Below, piece by piece: positions 48,101 through 57,203 of a stretch of 64,000 nucleotides of DNA (its first letter is position 1; every line of letters begins with the position of its first letter). This stretch comes from a virus. The position numbers were made by a program, and so were the translations under genes. Location of the stretch: IMG/VR virus record IMGVR_UViG_3300020401_001540, positions 1 to 64,000 of that record. The stretch is one strand, 5' to 3'. The notes beneath the pieces were generated by a model. It did not search any database, had not been told where the DNA came from, and worked only from the letters and a program-made list of their open reading frames with translations.

Positions 48101-51100
48101 CTGCAATTTTCTTTCCGTCATTTGATATAGCTATGCTTCTACCATAATCTTCAAACTGATTAAAAGGTTCAAGAATTTGACTATATTCATATTGATCTGC
48201 AACTTTTCTGTATACAACTATTTTGGTACTGGCGAGTGAACTATCTACTGCATCGCCTTCTGCATATAATAATGTTCCATCAGTAGAATCAATTTGATAT
48301 TGACTCGTATACATAGATGATGCAATTAAAACATCTGCAGATTTACTTACATCAAAGTTTTCTCCAAATGCTTCCAGTTTGTTTTGTTCTAAAACACTTT
48401 CACTTATACTAAAATTAGTATCATTAGGCACATATCCTAGCAAATCTAATCCGCTTGTTTTACGGGTCCATAAAGCTAAATTAAATGCTCCAGGAATAGT
48501 GTTAGTGTTTGCTTCATATATTTCATTGCCAAACCTTACTAGGTCTCCTTCAAAATAAGTTGCAGAAGATCTATGAAAGCCTTTGTATTTTCTTTCAATA
48601 CCTAAAGACCAATCTTCAGTAGCATTTTTTTCTACAAAGTAAATTCGACCTTGATTGTGTTCTGTTCCATCACCTTTGGCATGTACAAAAAGTTTATATG
48701 TATCTGCGTCTATCTGTCTAAACTCAACTTTATTTCCTAACCTTCTTCCAGGTCGTGCATTAGGAACAGTGTAATAGTTAATTAATTGATAGGTTGCACC
48801 TCTTTTTTCATATATAGCAAATGTGCCTTGAGCATCCATATCACTTGCCGCAGTGTAACCGCTTGAGTTGAGAGGTATATTATAAACTCTAGTCCAGTCT
48901 AGATTTAATGCTCCTGGAGGATTTGCACTATCTGATATTCCTTGTATAGTGTTGCTAGAATAAATCCAATATTCTGTATCTTGAATAAAGCTATTTCCTG
49001 TAGGAATTTCTATGTTTGATCCTTTGTCTACAACCAGCAATGGTCCTGATAAATTATTTTCAACATGTGTATTGTTAATCGGACCAACAGTTCTTACTGT
49101 TGAATCATTTTCGATAAATGTACAATTACTTGGTTCAGAAAAGTCGCTTCCCCTTGACCATGTTCCGTTTCTATTTTTAAGCCAAAATCTTGCTATTGCA
49201 AATGAACGTTGAATGTAAGCAACTTCAGCTGTGCTTCCTGTAGCAGTATCAGTTACTATATCTCCTATGTTAGGTAAGAAGGGATCACCATTCAAATCAA
49301 AATTTGTAAGTCGTACGTCAACCCAACCATTCCAAATATCTGCAACAGTATGTTCAGTGTTGTTTACATAGGTATAATCCAAACCTATTGCTGAGGGATC
49401 TTGTCTTACTCCGCTTACATATATGTCGTTTATCCAGGTTCTAAATTTATCTCCAACTGTGAAACTATTTCCGTGTGCTAATTCTGTTCTAATTACCCAC
49501 CTTGAATCTAAGAGGTTTATTTCAGTTGCTCCTTGCTGGTGACTTAGAACAGCGTAATAACTTGCTCTAGTTGGATTGTTTATAATATCTTCGTTTTGTT
49601 TAGTATCAAGAATATTTGTAAAAGCAGGATCGTTTGTAGTATCGCCTTCGAGTGTAATATTTTGTACGACTAGATTTGGCTTTGTCTCTTGTAAATTTGT
49701 ACTGTTAAATGATGTTCCAACATTTATGTACCACCAACCTGTATGATAGTTGTCAGCAATATGGTTCACTGCATTATAAGTTCCTATTGTAATATTATTT
49801 TGTAATATTGTTCCAGAAGTTTCTAGTTGACCATTTACATCATTTAGGTAAAGAATCAGCCTGTTATCATTATCAATGAATCTGTATTGTACTTTTGCTC
49901 TTGCTGTATCAGTAGTTATTTCGTCGCCAACATCAGGAGTTGCCAAAGCACTAACAATTTCAACAACCATTTTAACTTTACCAACAATGATATGTTGTCC
50001 GTTAAAGAAGTTTGCATTTAAAACAGGATCTCCGTTGAAAGGCAATACTCCTCCTGCTGATGTTGTTGTAAACTGATTCCATTTCAGTGTAAGTTTATCA
50101 CCTGGCTTGGTTCCTTCCCATTGTTCTTTTTCAGCTCTGATTAAAACGTGATCTGTTGCTTCTGTAGGCATACTATAGTTTCCACGCATCATGAATACTA
50201 TTTCTGGATATTGTGATGTTTCTGCATTGTAATCGTCTGATATACTTTGTTGATTAGATGCATGACTTTCAAAAGTCTGTATTGCATCTGCTGTTACATT
50301 TCTTTTTGCTCTCCAAAGTTGATCACTATATAAAACTATATCTCCTGAAGCGTATGCTTCTGTATTGACATAGTCGCCTTTTAATTTTGATTTAGCATTT
50401 GATGCATTTGGTGACCCTATAGCAAGATATTTTCCATCAGGTGTGATAGACACACTTGTTCCAAACCCACCATTACTATCATATAAGAAAGCCTGTTCGT
50501 CTATTTGTTGTAATAATCCTAATTCTGTATTATCACTAGGCCTCGTAAAGACATAAACACTTCCATTTAAATCCTTAGGTGCTGTAATTGCTACAGTATT
50601 ATTATCCTGACTTACACTTACGCTTGATCCAAAATCTTTTTGAGTGCTATCTAATAATCCTGCTGTTGTATTCAAAATATTAGGTTTAAGTTCATATACC
50701 TGTTTACTTTTTAAAACAATCCATTTTCCTGTGTCGTCATCATCTACCCATATAGTTTGGCCAGCCGCGGAACTTCCTGTTAATGAGAACGGAGTAATAC
50801 CTCCGTCTTTTATGTTTTCATTTGCTTCAGTAAGATTTGAAACTCTTACTTTTTTATACTTGGTTAAGAATCCTTCACCTGTGTAATCTGCTGTTGAGTC
50901 TGATATGCTGTCTGTTGAATCTAGGGATAATACATTCAATTGTATTTTATTGACTGTGTAAAATCCGTCAGTTTCATCGTTAACATCTTTGATTCCAATT
51001 ACATCTCCTATTTCAAAATCAGGTTCGTTATTTAGAGTAAGTTGAAATACATCATTCTGGGTACCGGTAACTGATTGTATTTTCAAATCGGTAGCCATGT

Positions 51101-54100
51101 ATTTGTAAACTGCCCAATTTATTTGATCTTTTTCAAGTGCAGTCCAAATGTAAGATCCTGCTTGTAAAGTTGTAATATCTTGATCTTTAAGTTGTGAATA
51201 ATTTAAAATACTTGTGTACACATCTGTTGGATTAACATATCCTGCTGATGGTACAAAAATATTATCATCATTAAAATACTTTGTAGGTAAAGGCTTATGG
51301 TCATAATTTTTAGATTTGACGTAAACATTATTCCTGTCAATTTTATATACTAATGATGTGTCCTGTGGAGGTACTACATCAACTAGTTCAACTGTCTGCG
51401 GTTCTAATCTATACTTACTTTCATCCAATAAAACTTCAAAAGTATCAGTACCTTCAGTTGCACCGTAACGTCCTACCCTTACTGCCCATTCTTCAAAAAA
51501 TTCTATGCTATCTTTATTGATGCTTCCTAATTTATCAAATAATTTTGTAAGAACATTTTTGGTACCTTTGTCCTGAATCATACCTTGGAAAAATTTGTAC
51601 TGACTAACATCATCTGGAATAATGTTTTCTAAATATTTTCTTTTTTGATATCCTATTAAATGCTGAGCAAGTTTTTGTTGTTCTATATCAAAGTTATCAC
51701 TGTCTAAATCGTAAAAATCTTCGAATTGTTTTGCTTTGTAATCAAAATTAGGAAGAAGTTCTGACTTAGGTTTTCCGTTTAATAGTACAAATGCCCTATC
51801 ATTAAATACGCTAGAGCCTGCAATGTTTCTATTAGCGACATAAAAATACTGCTTATATTTTACTAAATCACCAATTTTATAATCTTGCCAAGCTGTCCAT
51901 TCGTATACTGTTGCATCTGAGAAAATAAATCCAGGAACATTTAAGCCTCCATTCCAGCCATCACTTTTATATCCTTTTACCTTGATTCTTTCTTGTCTAT
52001 ATCCTTGTGGTCTAGTATAAATTTTATCATTGAATACTGTTTGGTTATCAATAATAATTGCATGTTCAGTTTGTACTGTAGGAATTTTTAAATGATATAT
52101 TCCTTCTTGAGTATTCTTAACATACATTCCAAAATCGTTTGTTGTATCTCTTTCTGTTGTTGCAAAATCTGCAAGTAATCTTTTACCGTCTGCTTTCAAA
52201 AGACTGTAGTCATAAAAATTATCATAGATATCATCAACCACTGCAAATGGATTTGTAAATGCAATTTGTCTAGCACTAGGACTAATTGTTAATACAGCAC
52301 CTTCGCCCCAATTCTGTGTAGTCCAAAACATAAACTCTTTACAACTTAATTTCCAGTTCTCAATTTCTTGCAGTGTTTTATTATATGTGTCAAAAATAAA
52401 TCCTGAACTTTGTAGGTATTCTTGATAACCGAGCAAGAAATCTACTACATCTTGTATCTCTGGAAATACTGTACCGTAGCTGACTTCAAAAATTTCGTTG
52501 TCAAAGTTAGTAGCAAATGTAGCATTGGCTCCACCTTCTGTTGGAAGGTCTGCCATTTGTTGAAAATTATCTGTATTAAAAGCATCACTACTAGTATGAC
52601 CAATTTTCACTCTATAATATGTGCCTTTGAAGTCAACAACTTGTCCAGGTTCATACACTTTTCCTGTTGACCATGTTAAGAAGTTTTCACTTATACCACC
52701 AATGTTAACTACTTGATCAGTTGCTTTCTTTAGCACAGGATATGTTTTGAATGTTGGACTATCTTTGTCGTAACCTGATACTTTAAAACCTCTTGGTAAT
52801 TTTTCTACAATGACACCACTATAAGAATATACATTAGTAGGAACACTTTTTGTTAAGACTATATTGTAATTTTCTTCCGGAATAAAAATATTACCTTCAT
52901 TTGTAGGTGTTCTACTATCAAGTATAAGTCTAAATTTATTTTTTTGTGTAAATCCACCAATCTTACAACCTAACTTGTTTTCTATGCGTTTTAGTTTATT
53001 TGAATATTCGTTAAATCGTAACGTTTCATTTGCAGACAAATATCCTTGCATGTAGTTTACAAGGCCAGCTGTTAAAACTCTATTTTGATCGTTTGCACTA
53101 TTAGGAAACTGTAGTGTTGACAATTCAATTCTTTTTGACGTATCAGTTCTTACTAATTGGTCTGCTTCATTTCTAGCAATTCTACTTCTGTCAAATGCAA
53201 GCCCAAAATACTGTGCAGGTTGTAGTAATGACCAAGCCTTTACTAGTGCAAACGGATAATGGGAACTTCTTCTCCAAGCAGTTTCTACAGGTCCTTCATC
53301 ACCAAATCTAAAATCTATTCCGTATGTGCTATCAACTCCTCCCTGTGCATAACCAATTTCTGCAGGACTCAACAGATCTCCATTTTTATCAACTGGAATA
53401 TATTTTAAAATATCACTATTTTTAAATTTATTTCTGTAAACAATTTTTTTATTAGGCTCTCTAACTATACCTTTGCTTAAATCTTGCCATAGTAAATTAT
53501 TATTTCTTGTATAAGGTGCAGGACCGTACACATCGTCAAACCAGTCTGGCTTTAATTTATATCCTAATATTTCCCAAGGATGAGTGTGAGGTCTATCTGT
53601 GTTGAAAATATCTTTATAAATTGATCTCCAAAATCCTGGAAGTGGTTTATTGTATGGATTACCAAAGTAAGAATAATTATATGTAAAACTATTACCCCTA
53701 GTGAAAACTTTATTTGTAGAATAATCTGGAACTCCTACAGTTTCTAACCAAGCGTTAAATTCGGATATAATTACCTTGCTAATATTTTTTCTAGTAAATC
53801 CAGTTGGTCTAAAATCAGTTTCAATAAAGTCTGCTAAATCTATTACGTTTTCATCATAAGATATTTTTAAATTATTGTAAATTCTTTTTTCATATTCTAA
53901 CAACAACTTATCTCTAAAATCACCAAAGCATCTCCATATAGATCCATCATGACCTTGAAGCACAGGTTTAGCAACCTCCCATTCAGGATATTCTATAGTG
54001 TCGCCAGTAGCATGACTCATGGAAGAATTTGGCATAAAGAAAATTCTGTTATGGCCATCAAACTTGTGCGTATGAGCAAGTCCTGTTCCGCCATTGTTTT

Positions 54101-57100
54101 TATCAAATGCCTGTGCTGAAGTTTCATCAGTAAACAATGGATAGAACCAACCTAGCTTGTTTTTATATCCTTTGGTCGTTGTAGAATCAATACCGTAAAT
54201 TTTATAAGGTCCTGTACTGTCTGGTATTGTTGAGATATAAGTGTCGTCTAAAAATATCTGTGGTTGGTACTTAGGATATAATCCTAATTTAGTTGGCGTA
54301 GGAGGTATCCAACAACCATCGGTAGTTTCGTATTCTACGATCTTGATTTTGTCGCCTGCTTTAATATTTGTTGTTATAGTTACAAAGCCATCTGTGCTTA
54401 AAGTATAATCTTTGTCCTTTATCAATTGTTCAAGATTAAGATATATCAATACAGCGTTTTCATTTAGATTTGTAAAGGATACAGTTCTTGTAAGATTAAA
54501 AATTGTTTGACTTGTATCTTCTATTTCATATTCTTGAACTGTGTCTCCACCAAATGGAATCATGTCGCTAAAATAAAAAGGATCCTTTGTGCCTCTAGTC
54601 TTAGTAAGTTCTAATAAAATTTTATCTACATGCGTTTTATCATCTGATTCAAAACCTAGGTCATTTGCTATTCTTAGAAATTCTCTTTTTTGTTTGATAT
54701 ATTCTCTACCAGAATATTCAATTGCCTTTATCATATTGTAATCTTTGCTTGTTAAATTAAACAAAGCAAGATTAATTGGTCCAGAATGTTGTACAAAACG
54801 CAATCCAAATTGTGATACCGGACCTAAGTCTCTTAAATTTCCAACTCCTGGAAAACTTCCTGTAAAATCATTTACATTATCAACTATACTGCTTACATGA
54901 TCTAAAACCTCACCAAACGTAAAATCAACTACGTTTTCATTCATAGGATTTTTTTCGAAGTTAATAGGAAACTTGTAATAGCCTCTATGATTTTTTGCAG
55001 TTGCAGATGTTGATTCTATAACTACTTTTTGATTTAACTGTAAATCAGTGTTGAACTTAATGTATGCATAACCATTTTGTCTAAAAATAGTATAATCAGT
55101 TGTGTCATACATTCTTACATTATCAACATAAATTTTTACTTTCAAATCATTTAGATCGCCGCTTCGCAGATAACAATCTATAATAAAATTGTTCGTCCTT
55201 GGCCCTGACACATATTGCAACACAACTGGTTGCTCTGATAACATAGGAGCTTTTTTCCAACCCGATACGCTAGAAAAAGTTGTTCTGGCTGTATATTTTC
55301 TAAGTAATGCTGTATCTGTTTTTACTGTTAAAACATCTGTCAATACATCGTATTGATATGTATCATTCAGTAAATTAAAATCAAACGTGATATCACCACT
55401 GTTCTCAATCGTTCTATAAGATAAAGGAAAACCTAATTCAGTGTCGTTAGATCCGACACCAGTTTTATAAGAAAAAATCTTATTACCTGCAAAAGTACTT
55501 CCTTCTAAAGATGAAAGTGGTGTACCTGCATCATTATACAAGTCAAAAACAGGCGCTTGGTTAATACCAGTTTTGTTTTGACCTTGCTTCCAACTAGTTC
55601 CGTCATAGTAAAAAATTGTTCCCCTAAAATTTGTACCTGCTTTTACCAACACAGTTTGATTTAATAATGGTGTGGTATCTGTAGTTTCTTTGAGGGCAAT
55701 TTGATTTGTACCATTTTGATTTATAAATGTTACCGTATAAATTTTTCCGTTTACAAGAGAGTCTGGGTCAGCAGTAAATAAAACACGCATACCTGTTACT
55801 AGTTCTGTGCCGTCAACAAAGTAACCAACTTGGCCTTCAATATCAGAGAACACATCTGTTGTCACAGTATCTACAAGATCAACTGCTGTCTTTGCTTCTG
55901 TACCAAAGTTATACAGTTTTAATCCAGCTTCAAATTCAATAATAGGTCTTGTAGCTCTAAATTGTTGATCAATAGTTACCGCTGTGTTATTAATTGCACT
56001 AGTTGTTTCAATTACAGATTTATGAGTCCATAAGTTATATCTACTCCATTGGTTTCTATCTTTAGATCCCTTGTTAATGACTATATAATCTTTTTGGTTT
56101 GTGTATGATAATGCATCGTCAAATGGTAAAGCATCAAATGCTTGTCCATCAAATTGTGTTTTAATATCACTTAGATAGCCTGCACTAACACTCAAATCAC
56201 TTTCAGCTATTAGTTTTATACTATCTCCTACTCCTTCAACGTACCAAGTGCCTTCTCCATATTTAGAGGGAGATACATCTCCAAAAAATTCTAACTTCAT
56301 TCCATTGGATAACTCGTATCCGTTTTGCATTTTGTAGGTTTTCTTACCTACAATATCTAAGTCTACATCTAAAAAAGTGTTGTCTATTATGTTTTTAATG
56401 ATTATTAATCCACTTGCTTCTATATCATTTCCATTAACATAATATAAAGTATCAGGAGCTTCTAAATCAATCTTCCAAGTAATCTTTCCATTTTCAATTT
56501 TTTGTTGGCTTACTCCTTCATTGTAAAGATTAGAATCATCGTCAACATTAATAGATGTCCTAATGCTAAACGGCATGTCTGTAGCATTTATATCAAATGT
56601 ATATGATTGTCCTTTGTATAATGTAAGTGTTGGATTGCTAACAATATTTTCCTCAGAGAAAGCGTAAGCGTCATTATCTACATTATTTTGTTTTGTAACC
56701 TTGAATGTGCTTTCTATATCTCTTGCTGTACCATAAACAGGAATGCTGTTAGGACCAGTAGGTAACCAATAATACTCTCTAAAATTTGTAAACTTATCCC
56801 AATCAATGTGCGGTTCCCAAGCATAGTATTCTTGGCTATTTAAAAGACTATGATTGCTTGTATCTGCATTTCTAATTTTAGCACTGTTTACATAATCTCT
56901 ATAATCTCTATATAATGTATTATTACCGAGATCGTCTGTAATTGTAGCTACAGGTTCTAATTGATAATTTTCTCTATCATCGGATACATCAGACAGGTAA
57001 TTGTCATCAGCCTTGAATGCTTTTGCATCACGTCTTCCTATAAAGCCGTCTACTTTCTCAATGACACCTGGTTGCATCATTTGATCAAGTGTGCTACTTA

Positions 57101-57203
57101 GAAACTTTCTGTTTGCAGTGGTTCTAAAGTATCTAGGAAGTAAAGATGCTACTTCTCTTTTTTCATCTTTTCCAGTCTGGATTGGTTTTTCGTCTTGCGC
57201 CAT
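42195..57203 (-). CDS. Giant (5002 aa) multidomain baseplate/virion protein, gp7-like position
   Basis: Uninterrupted 15-kb ORF, TAATG-coupled to gp6. Contains FG-GAP-like propeller repeats, CBM5/12-like repeats, G(S/Q)GY repeats and GDGST..F.L repeats. Confidence 0.85.
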   Translation of the reverse strand: MAQDEKPIQTGKDEKREVASLLPRYFRTTANRKFLSSTLDQMMQPGVIEKVDGFIGRRDAKAFKADDNYLSDVSDDRENYQLEPVATITDDLGNNTLYRDYRDYVNSAKIRNADTSNHSLLNSQEYYAWEPHIDWDKFTNFREYYWLPTGPNSIPVYGTARDIESTFKVTKQNNVDNDAYAFSEENIVSNPTLTLYKGQSYTFDINATDMPFSIRTSINVDDDSNLYNEGVSQQKIENGKITWKIDLEAPDTLYYVNGNDIEASGLIIIKNIIDNTFLDVDLDIVGKKTYKMQNGYELSNGMKLEFFGDVSPSKYGEGTWYVEGVGDSIKLIAESDLSVSAGYLSDIKTQFDGQAFDALPFDDALSYTNQKDYIVINKGSKDRNQWSRYNLWTHKSVIETTSAINNTAVTIDQQFRATRPIIEFEAGLKLYNFGTEAKTAVDLVDTVTTDVFSDIEGQVGYFVDGTELVTGMRVLFTADPDSLVNGKIYTVTFINQNGTNQIALKETTDTTPLLNQTVLVKAGTNFRGTIFYYDGTSWKQGQNKTGINQAPVFDLYNDAGTPLSSLEGSTFAGNKIFSYKTGVGSNDTELGFPLSYRTIENSGDITFDFNLLNDTYQYDVLTDVLTVKTDTALLRKYTARTTFSSVSGWKKAPMLSEQPVVLQYVSGPRTNNFIIDCYLRSGDLNDLKVKIYVDNVRMYDTTDYTIFRQNGYAYIKFNTDLQLNQKVVIESTSATAKNHRGYYKFPINFEKNPMNENVVDFTFGEVLDHVSSIVDNVNDFTGSFPGVGNLRDLGPVSQFGLRFVQHSGPINLALFNLTSKDYNMIKAIEYSGREYIKQKREFLRIANDLGFESDDKTHVDKILLELTKTRGTKDPFYFSDMIPFGGDTVQEYEIEDTSQTIFNLTRTVSFTNLNENAVLIYLNLEQLIKDKDYTLSTDGFVTITTNIKAGDKIKIVEYETTDGCWIPPTPTKLGLYPKYQPQIFLDDTYISTIPDSTGPYKIYGIDSTTTKGYKNKLGWFYPLFTDETSAQAFDKNNGGTGLAHTHKFDGHNRIFFMPNSSMSHATGDTIEYPEWEVAKPVLQGHDGSIWRCFGDFRDKLLLEYEKRIYNNLKISYDENVIDLADFIETDFRPTGFTRKNISKVIISEFNAWLETVGVPDYSTNKVFTRGNSFTYNYSYFGNPYNKPLPGFWRSIYKDIFNTDRPHTHPWEILGYKLKPDWFDDVYGPAPYTRNNNLLWQDLSKGIVREPNKKIVYRNKFKNSDILKYIPVDKNGDLLSPAEIGYAQGGVDSTYGIDFRFGDEGPVETAWRRSSHYPFALVKAWSLLQPAQYFGLAFDRSRIARNEADQLVRTDTSKRIELSTLQFPNSANDQNRVLTAGLVNYMQGYLSANETLRFNEYSNKLKRIENKLGCKIGGFTQKNKFRLILDSRTPTNEGNIFIPEENYNIVLTKSVPTNVYSYSGVIVEKLPRGFKVSGYDKDSPTFKTYPVLKKATDQVVNIGGISENFLTWSTGKVYEPGQVVDFKGTYYRVKIGHTSSDAFNTDNFQQMADLPTEGGANATFATNFDNEIFEVSYGTVFPEIQDVVDFLLGYQEYLQSSGFIFDTYNKTLQEIENWKLSCKEFMFWTTQNWGEGAVLTISPSARQIAFTNPFAVVDDIYDNFYDYSLLKADGKRLLADFATTERDTTNDFGMYVKNTQEGIYHLKIPTVQTEHAIIIDNQTVFNDKIYTRPQGYRQERIKVKGYKSDGWNGGLNVPGFIFSDATVYEWTAWQDYKIGDLVKYKQYFYVANRNIAGSSVFNDRAFVLLNGKPKSELLPNFDYKAKQFEDFYDLDSDNFDIEQQKLAQHLIGYQKRKYLENIIPDDVSQYKFFQGMIQDKGTKNVLTKLFDKLGSINKDSIEFFEEWAVRVGRYGATEGTDTFEVLLDESKYRLEPQTVELVDVVPPQDTSLVYKIDRNNVYVKSKNYDHKPLPTKYFNDDNIFVPSAGYVNPTDVYTSILNYSQLKDQDITTLQAGSYIWTALEKDQINWAVYKYMATDLKIQSVTGTQNDVFQLTLNNEPDFEIGDVIGIKDVNDETDGFYTVNKIQLNVLSLDSTDSISDSTADYTGEGFLTKYKKVRVSNLTEANENIKDGGITPFSLTGSSAAGQTIWVDDDDTGKWIVLKSKQVYELKPNILNTTAGLLDSTQKDFGSSVSVSQDNNTVAITAPKDLNGSVYVFTRPSDNTELGLLQQIDEQAFLYDSNGGFGTSVSITPDGKYLAIGSPNASNAKSKLKGDYVNTEAYASGDIVLYSDQLWRAKRNVTADAIQTFESHASNQQSISDDYNAETSQYPEIVFMMRGNYSMPTEATDHVLIRAEKEQWEGTKPGDKLTLKWNQFTTTSAGGVLPFNGDPVLNANFFNGQHIIVGKVKMVVEIVSALATPDVGDEITTDTARAKVQYRFIDNDNRLILYLNDVNGQLETSGTILQNNITIGTYNAVNHIADNYHTGWWYINVGTSFNSTNLQETKPNLVVQNITLEGDTTNDPAFTNILDTKQNEDIINNPTRASYYAVLSHQQGATEINLLDSRWVIRTELAHGNSFTVGDKFRTWINDIYVSGVRQDPSAIGLDYTYVNNTEHTVADIWNGWVDVRLTNFDLNGDPFLPNIGDIVTDTATGSTAEVAYIQRSFAIARFWLKNRNGTWSRGSDFSEPSNCTFIENDSTVRTVGPINNTHVENNLSGPLLVVDKGSNIEIPTGNSFIQDTEYWIYSSNTIQGISDSANPPGALNLDWTRVYNIPLNSSGYTAASDMDAQGTFAIYEKRGATYQLINYYTVPNARPGRRLGNKVEFRQIDADTYKLFVHAKGDGTEHNQGRIYFVEKNATEDWSLGIERKYKGFHRSSATYFEGDLVRFGNEIYEANTNTIPGAFNLALWTRKTSGLDLLGYVPNDTNFSISESVLEQNKLEAFGENFDVSKSADVLIASSMYTSQYQIDSTDGTLLYAEGDAVDSSLASTKIVVYRKVADQYEYSQILEPFNQFEDYGRSIAISNDGKKIAVGAPFNSELVPNGGCVYIYVQNGTTFSYRQTIRPRDKQPNTRFGFKLDFDGNTLAITSRGGDLEKVTTFDQSSTQFDNASTEFKLIDNDSGLVSIYETINDTLLYAQDFAYNTDTQDFGNIMRVNDNHIYLGLPKQQVNLTNEIDRGLVAEYRKPQGMTNWTIARSPVDPVDTSKLKGVYLFDKTDNSLVTYLDYIDPLQGKISGIADQEIDFKVSYDPARYSVSTIDSVTAYPMDYTAEKWIGKIWWDIGSAKFINFHQGDVIESTQNFNKLFPGSVVDVYEWVETTLLPSEWDEQSGSEAGLTQGISGTTKYGDSAYSVRRRYDTATQTFTNYYYYWVRNKATLPSVDTRRTSAFDVAAAISDPASAGTRFVAPLGSNRFSLFNCEPFIKDKNVGISWNWWTIENQEQNTHNEYQIITDGLETSIPRADLEQKWYDSLVGFDKNDRPVPDINLPVRQKYGNLNEPRQSWFVNKTEARKQFVERINKTLKENLIVDDKDLTKLTRIDPLPTNAEGKFDTTSDSFAELNFVSVAKVRQASLTLEVENGNIINVIINDGGQGYINPPTYTISDAQGTGCELKFTLDANGAISDVEIVSAGQNYTNNVSILIRKFSVLVQNDETVGGKWAIFEWIGTEWQRTLTQAYDVNAYWKYIDWYATGFNQFTPISFQLSSSYELSGLGDNIGDVVKIDNVGTGGWLLLQKKDNQETDDYSINYNTIGRQNGTIEFLNSLYDVTNENIAYDGASFDKIFYDTEPVEEFRVLIDAIKNDIFIDELAGKWNELFFASIRYVFAEQPNVDWVFKTSFIKAKHNIGELKQKTNFQNDNLSSYENFVEEVKPYKTKIREYLSSYEKIDPSSTVMTDFDLPPVYNADAGKIIPQSVQVMENQIVSGTSEITKYPSKHWAENVGFELLELNIADAGSGYSIPPQIKISGGGGSGAEARAYIGTNGRVTTVEVTKSGSGYLSQPNVEIIGSLEEGGTTARLSPVLGKGKARGMHVRCKFDRVTGVYLFSKLNETQTFTSVINQQIFNLKWPVQLKSTRIKVTVDGLDSLRSEYTFENIKDTSKGYTRYYGRITFTLPLRTGQNVIIEYDKAPDLLQAQDRINLYYNPATGMYGNDLGQILEGIDYGGVEVSSYSFGSGTGWDSDEWFTTTYDTFDTTFDDEIFQMDGSTEIFNLSKPLENGVVYNVYLNGTRIDDPNFGTNAQTNANAVLQSIVGAGQTTVEITNDVQKFVANDVVVFRKTTSDGAFLPDPRSYDTILSGGDLQFFTAKGINPEEIIVDGDGFVTPTTSKGPEEQVPGQILDTVDIRVFHRQSKGGSLLSSNSYNADGVNVEFGFGIQPQNKDGLIVRVNEIIQNQNTYIVDYRLKKVKFRTPPSAGDFINILSVSGNGDNIVEFDEFIGDGCSVQYVTKARWSANLDYYATVNGKQVESVLIASDDSGSEDTKAVLFFGSPPPDQSVINFAIYSKIDSFSKLETQEFTGDGSTVNFTLAKTPYSAKPNSHNVIVKQGNKILNPGYNQQFNVEDGVREYFLEIWQRPIGSFDNSDVLVLLNGTELKIATEYNIRPANSSIILEPGIGTDGDKLEVYIRTDGDYAFGSIQVINNQNTWVDSGNVLQLNTAPAEGELLTVYTFNKHDFQDFERINFDVVARSTLSVGTDDHIQYNHLKAGLVKLRNPAIDAQFVWLTVNGILKTPSVDYKLTDDKKFVKYNGILNDNDVIEVIQFSATGATEPKFGFSQFKDILNRNIYKRLGDVAPIKLAQDLLVTDKEIVLDDASTISSPDKTSSVPGIIFINGERIEFLIRQGNTLRQIQRGTFGTGAPEVHFAGSDVYNQGIQQTAPYADQTITDTQIGDGSTSVFDLGFTPNSVNEFEVFVAGKRLRKTEIQVFDPTKDQDSPEADITAPAEFSVTGNTPAVTLLNTPASGVKVQIIRRQGTVWADPGVSLNDSESSVARFFKAEKVELPK

